Shown: positions 53,612-64,000 of the stretch, in pieces
Layout of the letters: each line of letters opens with the position of its first letter
Numbering within the stretch: position 1 is the stretch's first letter
Assembly: GCA_951406725.2 (NCBI GenBank)
Contig: OX597814.1
Coordinates: 97,030,001 to 97,094,000, forward strand
DNA length: 64,000 nucleotides
Source: Octopus vulgaris
Taxonomy: Eukaryota
Direction: 5' to 3'
Notes under the pieces: generated by a model
Seen by the model: the letters and a program-made list of their open reading frames with translations, nothing else
Told to the model about the DNA's origin: nothing
The model's database searches: none
Program-made: the position numbers and the translations under genes

Positions 53612-53658
53612 CAGTAGGACCTCGAATTTCGAACACTTTTGCTCATGAATAAATTGTG

Positions 53659-53714
<56 letters not shown>

Positions 53715-53769
53715 GTAAAAAGCACTTTTTAATGGTGATCAGTGGCGTTCATAAACTGAGGTACTACTG
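53612..53769. mobile_element. pogo/Tigger-like MITE with internal (TA)n
   Basis: TA|CAGTAGGACCTC...GAGGTACTACTG|TA. Confidence 0.6.
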
Positions 53770-53859
53770 TATTAAATGAATATGAGAAAGACGGAGATAA
53801 AGCACGATTTAAACATGATCAGAGGTATTTGAAAACTGAGGCACACACCCACACACACG

Positions 53860-54145
53860 TCAAGGTCACCAGCACAAATCCATACACGTATACACACGCA
53901 CCTTCATTTTGGGATCATTACTACTTTATTATCTCCCCTTCTTCCCAGCTCTCCTGACTGACCACCTCTGTCCGGCAGTTGCCATGATAGATTGCAAGCC
54001 ACAAAACAGTTTTTAATTTCCTCCCTCTGTATATTTCTATCTTCTTTTCTGTTGAAGAGTGTAGACTCAAAACGTAAAAGACTTTCTTACTTCCCGAGTG
54101 TTAAACTAATACATTTGTTTGTTGTTTATATACCTGACTTCATCA
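53860..54145 (+). mobile_element. Penelope-like terminal (pLTR) fragment
   Basis: Contains a minimal hammerhead-like motif typical of Penelope termini. The family call rests largely on that motif. Confidence 0.5.
54043..54081 (+). ncRNA. Degenerate minimal type-I hammerhead ribozyme motif
   Basis: TCTTTT-CTGTTGA-A-GAGT(GTAG)ACTC-AAAA-CGTA-AAAGA. Stems I and II pair, helix III is the palindrome ACGT, core has A6U and G12A changes. Confidence 0.5.
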
Positions 54146-54169
54146 ATTGTTTTTTCATAAATTCTCACT

Positions 54170-54473
54170 ATGTATATATATATATACACACACACACACA
54201 GTGCCTCAGCTTTCGGACCACTGATATATATATACATATATATATACACACATATATATATATATACATATACACACATATATATATATATACATATATA
54301 TATATACACACATATATATACATATATATATATACACACATATATATATACATATATATATATATACACACACATATATATACATACACACATATATATA
54401 TACATACACACACATATATATATACACACATATATATACACACATATATATATACACACGTATATATATACAT

Positions 54474-54508
<35 letters not shown>

Positions 54509-55056
54509 CGTACACATATATATTCATAGATGCATACATACATATATATATTCATAGATGCATACATACATATATATATTCATAGATGCATACATACATA
54601 TATATATTCATAGATGCATACATACATATATATATTCATAGATGCATACATACATATATATATTCATAGATGCATACATATATATATTCATAGATGCATA
54701 CATATATATATTCATAGATGCATACATACATATATATATTCATAGATGCATACATACATATATATATTCATAGATGCATACATACATATATATATTCATA
54801 GATGCATACATACATATATATATTCATAGATGCATACATACATATATATATATATTCATAGATGCATACATACATATATATATATATTCATAGATGCATA
54901 CATACATATATATATATATTCATAGATGCATACATACATATATATATATATTCATAGATGCATACATACATATATATATATATTCATAGATGCATACATA
55001 CATATATATATATATTCATAGATGCATACATACATATATATATATATTCATAGATG

Positions 55057-55098
<42 letters not shown>

Positions 55099-55133
55099 TA
55101 TATATACATGCATATATATATACATATATACAA

Positions 55134-55166
<33 letters not shown>

Positions 55167-55232
55167 CACATATATATATATGTTCATACATACCAAATCC
55201 AAAAACGAAATATATATATATATATATATATT
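54170..55232. repeat. Compound (TA)/(CA) microsatellite with a 19-copy TTCATAGATGCATACA(TACA)(TA)n minisatellite at 54521-55060
   Basis: Direct inspection. Unit lengths of 24, 28 and 32 bp. Confidence 0.95.
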
Positions 55233-55294
55233 TGTTTTTTTTTTTTTTTTCGTTTTTCTTGTTTCAGCTCAGAGCTGTGGCAATGCTGATGCAC

Positions 55295-55567
55295 CGCCGT
55301 TTTGTGCTAAGAGACTCCTCTAATATGTGGCACTTGGTGAAGAATGGAGTTTGATATAGCTACCCTCATTTGCACCTCTTGCCGTGAGGTAGGTTTATCT
55401 GGGGCTCTCGACAGGAAGATGTCCAGCTTTGATTTAAAAACTGTTACATCTACTTTGTGCAAGTTCTTCAGACTCTTTGGGAGAATATTAAAAAGCTGTG
55501 GGCCCTTGAAACCCAGGCTGTTGCAGTAACTGGTCCTTAAGTGTGATGGCACTGCTGGGATCTTTGG

Positions 55568-55570
<3 letters not shown>
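55295..55570 (-). mobile_element. CR1/L2-like LINE 3' ORF fragment
   Basis: [21 protein letters not shown]...FKSKLDIFLSRAPDKP is the typical LINE C-terminal motif. Confidence 0.7.
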
Positions 55571-55602
<32 letters not shown>

Positions 55603-55739
55603 CATACATATAAATATATATACATATGCATACAAATATATATACATACATATATTTATATACATATATATACATACATTTATATACATATAATTATATA
55701 CAAACATATATCTACATATATATCTACATATATATATAT

Positions 55740-55778
<39 letters not shown>

Positions 55779-55799
55779 TATACAAATATATATATATTT

Positions 55800-56030
55800 C
55801 TTTACTACCCACAAGGGGCTAAACATAGAGGGGACAAACAAGGACAAACAAACGGATTAAGTCGATTCCATCGACCCCAGTGCGAAACTGGTACTTAATT
55901 TATCGACCCCGAAAGGATGAAAGGCAAAGTCGACCTCGGCGGAATTTGAACTCACAACGTAACGGCAGACAAAATACGGCTACGCATTTCGCCCGGCGTC
56001 CTACCGTTTCTGCCACCTCGTCGCCTTGTA
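55800..56030 (-). mobile_element. Young tRNA-derived SINE (CpG intact)
   Basis: GGCGACGAGGTGGCAGAAACGGTAGG...GAGTTCAAATTCCGCCGAGGTCGACTTTGCCTTTCATCC. Decayed copies at about 1110, 23750, 34760 and 41460. Confidence 0.8.
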
Positions 56031-56619
56031 TACAAATATATATACAAATATATATATACATATATATGCATATATACAGATATATACATACAAATATCTA
56101 TATATATATATACATATAAATATATTAAATATATATATATATATACATACAAATATCTATATATATATATATATACATATAAATATATTAAATATATATA
56201 TATATACAAATATAAAGTAAATAAATGGTACAACAAGGCACTGATATTTACTGGAAAATAGCAATCATAATAAATACGACGCTATTGTATAGCTTCACTG
56301 TGTATATACTAGCAAAGACGCGAGTGTGCAACAAACATGAAAAAAATTTGTCTTACCACTAGGAAGAACATCTGATAAATGGACACCCTAGAATTGGATG
56401 ATGCATGACCGTTTTCTGACTCTTCAAATACGTTTGACAACGTAAATTTGATTAGTCTTCATCAGCTGCATTTACCTAGACAAAAGTGATAGGGTAGGGT
56501 TGGGATGGGATGGATAGGGAAGGTGGGGTTGGACTGTGTGGGTGTGGGGTTACAAGGGAGGGGTGACGAAGGGAGAGGGGGAGGGAGAAGGTGGATAGGA
56601 GTAAACAGAAGAGAAGTTG

Positions 56620-56863
56620 GTAGGAGAGTCCAGTTTGCTGGACATTGTTGTAGAGCTGAAAAAGAAGTAATTTCTACTCTTCTCCTCTGGAAGTCATCTA
56701 CTCGCAATACCAGAGGGCGCACACTCTCCTACCCTGATGTAATCTCCAGGGATACAGGCATCCAGCAACAGGACCTCCGTAATGCTATGATGGACTGTGA
56801 AGTCTGGCGTAACATAGTAAATTCCATTGTCTCGACCACGGTCGAACAATGATGATGATGATG
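56620..56863 (+). mobile_element. RTE-like LINE 3' end inserted into a Penelope element
   Basis: RVQFAGHCCR...RGRTLSYPDVISRDTG...MMDCEVWRNIV followed by (GAT)n. Interrupts a purine-rich tract. Confidence 0.7.
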
Positions 56864-56929
56864 ATAGAGCAAGAGAGGAGAGGTGGGTGAGAGGAAGTAG
56901 GTGTGAGAGGAAGAGAGAAGAGGGGAGGA

Positions 56930-57750
56930 GAGTTGAGCCCATGTGGCGCAAAGGAGCGAAGAGAGAAGATTAATCCCTGTTCATGGCACAAACAGGAGTC
57001 CAGATAGCCCATGTGCAAGGACAATCTGAATACATACAGGTGTTGCAAAGAGTGACCAGTAGAGTGGAAATGGCATGAAACTGGGGTGTCATTGCTGAGT
57101 CGGATGTCTCAGTGGTATTCCATAAACCGGTCAGCCATGCAGCATCCTGTTTGCCCAATGTATAGAGAAGAGCAGGAGATGCAGATGACATTGGTAGAAG
57201 TGCAGGCGAAGGAGTCGGTGATATGATAGGGTCAATGATGGGTGCTGGTGAGGATGGTGTTGGAGAGGTAAGGGCAAGTGTGGCAGCATGGGTGGGAGCA
57301 GGGGAATGAGCCGGGTTGTGAGGTTGGGTTAGTGAAGAGGATGTGGAGCAAGACGTTTCGTAGAATGTGGGCTAATTTGAAGGAGAGGTGGGAAGATGTA
57401 TGAAGTGGAGGGGTCAGACTGGAGTCACCAGAAGGCCCAGAGAATGGTGCATTGGAGAGGTAGGGTGGTAGTTGAGGGGAAAGGGGAGACTGGAGACAGT
57501 GGGTCAGGTCCAGGGGAAGAGAGCAAATGTGCAGTTCATGGAACATGCTCTGGCAAGAGTAGTGTGGATAGTGGTGAAGGGATATCCATGTAGCAAGAGG
57601 TGGCAAGCCATGACTTGAAACTGAGTCTCAAAGTCATAGTTGTCACTGCAGAGCCTGCATCGACAGAGGAATTGGGAGGATTCTCTACCTAGACTTTCTA
57701 CTCTTGAACACTTCAGCTGCACCTCACTGCCCACCATGGATTACAATGGA
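56930..57750 (-). mobile_element. Penelope-like element: RT C-terminus plus GIY-YIG endonuclease (degenerate)
   Basis: SFACTSTNVICISCSSLYIGQTGCCMADRFMEYH*DIR...HFHSTGHS...EQGLIFSLRSFAPHGLN is the PLE GIY-YIG signature. Confidence 0.85.
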
Positions 57751-57769
57751 CTTCTCTGTTGATGATAAA

Positions 57770-57851
57770 TCGCTACATACATACATACATATATTTGAAT
57801 ATATATATATATATATACATACACACACACATACATATATATATACATACA

Positions 57852-57887
<36 letters not shown>

Positions 57888-58267
57888 CACATACATATAT
57901 ATATATACATACATGTGCATATATACACATATAAGCATATATGTATATATACATTTATCATCATCATCATTTAGCGTCCGTTTTCCATGCTAGCATGGGT
58001 TGGACGGTTCAACTGGGGTTGCATCAGGCCCAGTCTGATCTGGCAGTGTTTCTACGGCTGGATGCCCTTCCTAACGCCAACCACTCCGCGAGTGTAGTGG
58101 GTGCTTTTTACGTGCCACCCGCACAGGTGCCAGACGGTGCTGACAAACGGCCACGAACGGATGGTGCTTTTACGTGCCACCGGCACGGAGGCCAGTTGGG
58201 GCGGCGCAGGCAACGGCCACGAACATGTATATATATATACACATATGTGCATATATACACACATATA

Positions 58268-58306
<39 letters not shown>

Positions 58307-58634
58307 GCATATATGTATATACATACATATACATATCTATATATATATATACATATGTATATATACATAAGTATATATACATATATAGATATACAATCAT
58401 ATACATATATATATATATATATATACACATATATAGACACACACACACGCACATATATATACACATATCTGTTCATATATGTTTATACATACATATATAT
58501 ATATACAGACACACATATATATATATATATCGACACACACATATATACACACATATATATATATATATATATATACAGACACACACATATATACAAACAT
58601 ATATATATATAAATATACATATACCTATATGGAG

Positions 58635-58669
<35 letters not shown>

Positions 58670-58737
58670 AATACATATATATGTATATATACACATATTT
58701 ATACATACACACACATATATATATACACACACACACT

Positions 58738-58775
<38 letters not shown>

Positions 58776-58862
58776 CACACACACATATATATATATATAC
58801 ATATACATATACATACACATACATATACACACATATGTATATAAAGTGGTTTATTTATGTAT
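57770..58862. repeat. (TA)/(CA) microsatellite field with an embedded young RTE-tail element (57958-58222, minus)
   Basis: Direct inspection. CATCAT tail and CpG-rich GTGCCACCGGCACG subrepeats. Confidence 0.9.
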
Positions 58863-59360
58863 ATGAAAGGGAATTTATTCATGTTTCTACCATATGACCA
58901 CTGTTGTTTCAGCAAAGTTTTTGTTTGCTAAGTGTCATCAGAGATAGCATGTTTCACGGAAATGATGGCAGCCATGTTGTAAGAATATAAATACACAGGT
59001 GAAGGCATGTCTCCACCTATTAAGAAGCTCACTTTGCAACCATGTGGTTTCAAGTTCAGTCCCACTGTGCAGCCAACCAATGCATTGTGGGCGAATTTTG
59101 TAGATGGAGACTGTGTGGAAACCTATCGTGTGTGTGTGTGTCTTGTCCTCCCACTGCTTGACAACTAGTGGTGGTCCTTGTCGCTTAACAGTTTGGTAAA
59201 AGAGACCCATAGAATAAGTACCAGATTTATTTTATCAGTTCTGGGTGTTGATTTATCTGACTAAACCCTTTAAGTTAGTGCTCCAGCATGGCAACAGTCC
59301 AATGACTGAAACAAGTTAAAAGATAACCCCATTTATATAAAACTCAATGTTCAACATGGA

Positions 59361-59460
59361 TTTCCTTCATAATTGTGGGTTAATTTAAAAACAAAGGAAT
59401 ATTACTTAGGGTTGTAGATAATATTCATTCACGTAAAAGTTTCCTTCATAATTGGGTTAA
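59361..59460. repeat. 61-bp copy of 60910-60970 flanked by a 21-23 bp direct repeat
   Basis: 59383-59443 matches 60910-60970 at 59 of 61 positions. Flanks are TTTCCTTCATAATTG(TG)GGTTAA. Confidence 0.85.
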
Positions 59461-62400
59461 CATGACCCCAGATTGGAATCTTCCATATGTGTCTGTCAAG
59501 ATTTGAGCTCATATATTCAATTAGGACTGCCCCAGCTTGGCCACAGTATGAAGACTGCCACCAATATAAGAATACTAATCTAGAATTAATCTACTTTTAA
59601 ATCTCGTAACAAACCTCTAACTGCAAAACAATGTTAACAATGGATACAAACATAATGGGTTTTACAAATATGATTGCTACTTAATGTAGAATGTTGGCAC
59701 TTCTGAAGAACCATTATAAAAATATTCTAAGAAAACCAAGACAGCTGGTGTTAATGTAGGACAGGAAGAGTGATGAATCTAGTGTGTAGAAAATGGTGGG
59801 AAGAGTTTATAAAGGTTTTTCTTTTAGTTTTAATAAGAGAGCTAGTGCCCATGATCTGCAATGGCCCTCCCAGTCTGGTGAGATTGATGCAGTAGGTGTT
59901 TGGTTTACTTCAAGTTGATGAGGTTAGATCGTCAGTAGGTAGCATAATAGATGTGTCTTGAATGAGTGTTATAATTGTAATGTTGACATGGTTGTTGTAA
60001 TATGAAGAGAATTTTTTTTTTACAGCACAACTGCAAAGCTGCTTCAAAGGTATGTTAGCCTAACTATTGGAGTCATTGAATAATATTTAAATAGATACAT
60101 AAAAAATGAATATACTAATATTTACAGAGGTCATAGTAAAAGAACTTGAAAGGGGAGTGAGAGTTTTTAATATATTAATAAGACTACTATGTGGTTATGA
60201 AGAAAGATGGATAAAAGGTTATGATGCAAAAATCTATCTCTAATGAGAAATGTGCTTTTAACATTGATTAGAATCTAAAGTTGAATGTCTAAAGGCAAGG
60301 AGAATAATCATGAATAGGAGATAGACATGGAAGCTGTAATAAGCTACTATGTTAAACTTCCACACAATACAAGTACTAAGATGAACAGAGAATTTGGTAC
60401 AATGGAAAAAGAAAAAAGGTAAATTAGGAAGCAGGTAATATTAAATTCCTTAAGAAGGAAAGGTAATATTAAATATTAATTATCAAATAATGTAGAGGGT
60501 TTACGATAATTTAACAGGAAATATAGTGTGATCTATTAGATAAGCAATATTAAAAACTTTTAATAAAGACTAATTTGTTTTAGTAAACACTAGGTGATAA
60601 CAAATTTATATATGAAAGTTAAAGTTAAATAATCTAACCTTTGAACAAATACATTTTAAATTATTGCAGTAACATATTTGAAATTAATAGGCTAATTTTA
60701 AAATACTGGTCATTATTTAAAATTAAATATTAACTCTTAACTGAGCGAAAATAACTGCAACAGAATGCTACAACAAAGTCATTACTATAAAGATAGCTAT
60801 GTCGCTGTGACATCATCGCTATCAATATAGTAATGTCTTTAAAACAAACAACAACTGTTACATCTCTAAACAACAACTGGTTTCAACAATAATTGCTTGA
60901 AAACACATCATTTAAAAACAAAGGAATATTACTTAGGGTCGTAGATAATATTCATTTACGTAAAAGTTTCAAGACACCAAAGTAAAAAAATATTGAAATA
61001 AAAGAATTACATCACACTATAATAATTGAACACTCATGTGTAAAAGAAGACAACTTCAGCTGTTACAAGAAATTCTATGACATTTCAATCTGAACTACTT
61101 TTAAATAAACACATCACAAAATTTCTTATACAAAAGCATAAAAAGAATTTATATATATATATATACACAGATACTTGAAATAAACAAATATCACCAGAAT
61201 AAACTAACAGAATGTTTAATAAAAAAGAATCACAAGAGGAATGAGCAGGATAACAACTATGCTGGAAAACAAACAAACAAGTAGAAAATAGCAAATTTGG
61301 ACAAAATTTAGTATCACTAAAAGGAAACCTAAAAGAAAGCAGACAAAAGAACTTTATTGATACACTATAACCAATAAAAACAAAAATTAAGCTCTTTATA
61401 ATGAGATAAACCACGAATTTAATGCATTTCAGTGCAATTTGTATTATAAGGGTATGGTTAGAAATATAGCATGAGACCTTGTAAATGTTGCGCAATAAAG
61501 AGCCTTTTTTTTTGTAAGCAATATATGGCCAATAGATTAGGATATTGTACAACTCTACTGAAAATTACAACTTCATCTATTATATCTAATGTCAGTTGGT
61601 TGGAGCCTATCTTTTCTCATCTAATATTTGCAAGAGAAGTTTAATTTAATACTGAAAGATTAGCGGATATTTGTATATTTACAGATAGGGGATTAAAAAA
61701 ATTTGAATTCAAAACAAATGTAATGAGAAAAATATTAATTGATGACTAATGTTTTTTTTCCTAGCAAATAAAGGAGACAACTCAAGATATGTTTCTGCTT
61801 TCATCAACATTCCTTATCAAGGTTCTGCCTCTTCATAACCTGCAGTTATTTAGTAGTGAACAAATCACTAAGTAAATATAGAGAAATCAAAATTTGTATG
61901 ATAAAATAGTATTGAATGCCTGAGAATAATGTTAACAGTGTCAGGTTACTCCTTACTGTACCATACTTATTTAGATAGAGATGAACTAAGTTAGCTTGAA
62001 GCCAATTGTCAATGCAGCAGCAGCATTGACAAAATATGAACTGTTAACCATTGAATTAATAATCAAATATGAAATATCTATAGTTGTTGATTAATAAAAT
62101 ATGATTTAATTGATATATAGATTTTATGAAGAAGGTTCATATACAGAAAACGATTAGTAAGATTTAGTAATAGGTAGATTTGTGAGAACCACAAGATTAT
62201 TGTAACGCTAATAATTATATGAGAAAATGAACATTGTTTCATTAGCTTTTCGAGAAAATAGAAAGAGCTTTTTTAAGTACACAATTACAAATATAATAAT
62301 CCAAATAAATACTAGTTCTTTACTTATCCCTCTAAAATTCAGTAGTTATAAGTTCTCAATGTGTAGTGGTATAGCAAAGGTTCCCAGAGTCTAGGGGCAA

Positions 62401-62639
62401 AGTTTGTTTTGGTGCCACTGCCTTAATTAGCAAACCTAATAGAGGAAATTTTCTGCCTCTTCACACAGAACCTGGGATTGACCGCCCCTTTCTCTCCTTA
62501 CTATACATCTGCTATGTGGGGACTCAGTTATTCAAAACAATGCATATATTTAATGGATATATAAGATGTTTTTTTAATGCTTCATAACTAAGACAGAAAC
62601 TTTTAGCTAATGGCTTTCATGTTTTTATATATATATATA

Positions 62640-62977
62640 TGATGGCCATCCACTCATGACCGAGGAAGACCATTGTTGTCCTTCAAGAACACTGAGTGCT
62701 CTAGGACTATTTTATTTTGCATTTGTGGCTCCGTTGGTGGCTAATGAGTCCTGCTCGACAAGCTAACATGTCTGCAAACATTGCAAACCAAGCTTTCCCC
62801 ATTCACTACACCAGCGGTGCACTTTCGAGAAGCACGCTTAAGTTCTTCATGCAGAATACATGAACTCTCAAAGGTGTTGACCCCCTCCTTAACCTGCTTC
62901 CTCCATCTGTGGCGATGACAGGCATTACTCTCCCATTCACTCTCCTGCATATCACAGGCCCTTAATGAGGAATAGAT

Positions 62978-63037
<60 letters not shown>

Positions 63038-63040
63038 CAG
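62640..63040 (-). mobile_element. RTE 3' fragment next to an (AGAT)n microsatellite
   Basis: WESNACHRHRWRKQVKEGVNTFE...CNVCRH is an RTE C-terminus with a zinc-knuckle remnant. (AGAT)n at 62975-63035. Confidence 0.7.
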
Positions 63041-64000
63041 ACACACACAAATTCAACTTTCAATTAAAGCATAAATAAATAATACTCAGGGTAGCAGGTA
63101 TACAAAGATATTCTACAGAACCATTTTTCAAGTTATCTCTTATTCTTCAAGTTATGGATATAATTTTACTGCAAAATATCTTTACATTTAATATATATTC
63201 ATTTATAAAAGCAAAATAGTTAAAAATTGCTAATATAATAGTTCAACTGTTGATTTTAAAATGTTGAACTTATATAAGTTAAGTAGCTACTTAAAAAAGC
63301 AATGATTATTTAGCCTGAATATAAGTAATGATGGCTTGAATATAGTGTTCTGCATTTAAAAATTTTTCAAGATTCTTTTCTTATACTTAAGAGAGTATTG
63401 CAATTTCCTTGAAGTATCAAATTGTAAGTAACTGATATAAATGTTTGAAAAAAGTCCTTTGAGCATTGTAGGTAAGAAGTTACACAAAATATGTAAAGTG
63501 ATGTCAATAAAGGAAAACATTGTATTATCTCATGTAAGTTATTTAACGAGCCTATAGTTCAAGAAGGAAACTTCACATTTCTCTGAACTCTATTTTTTAT
63601 TTGAAAAGAAGAATCTTTCCCAAAATATTATAGGACCATTAAATAAACTAGGTAAGGTAATACAATAATTTTTCCCTTTGATTTCATTTATTGCCATCAC
63701 ATATTTTGTCTGCATTGTTTAAAGGATTTTTTCAAACATATCATTTTCAGTTATTTCAAAAAACTTTTTATATTTTATCTTATATAGTGAAAACGTATAA
63801 CATAAATTAATTATCTTTTAATTCATGATTTTTAAAAACTAAATGAATAAATGAAACCATGTAAGTATACAGGCATAAAAAGAAAAAAGAGATCTCTGGT
63901 TTATGCCTATATACAATATCCTTATCAACCTAGTCATTCACTAACTCTCAGTTTCTTTACTTAATATAACCAATAAAGAAACACATACACACAAAAAAAA

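Noticed and set aside
54521-55060. CRISPR-like regular repeats
   Set aside because: No unique spacers, no cas genes and a eukaryotic context. It is a minisatellite.
53992-58915. Many long YI/HT/CV-rich ORFs
   Set aside because: Translations of TA/CA microsatellites, which lack stop codons.
61085-61552. 155-aa minus-strand ORF as an upstream DOP1 exon
   Set aside because: F/I/L/Y-rich low-complexity translation of U-rich intron, with no Dopey motif (an SLWP..I.EL..VF-like sequence was expected).

Overview
AT-rich eukaryotic nuclear DNA, very likely from a coleoid cephalopod (Octopus-like). That assignment is inferred from the repeat families, microsatellite load and a cephalopod-like mitochondrial rRNA insert. 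Two spliced genes lie on the minus strand. NOM1 (nucleolar MIF4G-domain protein) has eight phase-consistent coding exons from 25189 down to 897 and continues off the left edge. DOP1/Dopey has its last three coding exons at 37822-35944, and the next upstream constitutive exon was not found in the window (intron of >26 kb unless broken by small exons). The rest is mostly decayed transposons: RTE and CR1-like LINEs, tRNA-derived SINEs, Penelope-like elements, DD37D and DD41D mariner-type elements, MITEs and solo-LTR candidates, plus micro- and minisatellites. The best leads are a U12-type (minor spliceosome) intron in NOM1, a frame-preserving 24-nt DOP1 microexon candidate in a repeat-depleted block, and degenerate minimal hammerhead motifs in Penelope termini. 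Also notable are a rearranged 12S/16S NUMT, a concatemer of an RTE 3' end, an HSE-bearing solo LTR and a templated insertion. I found no convincing wholly new multi-gene system. Homology calls come from recalled family motifs, not database searches, and repeat boundaries are approximate.
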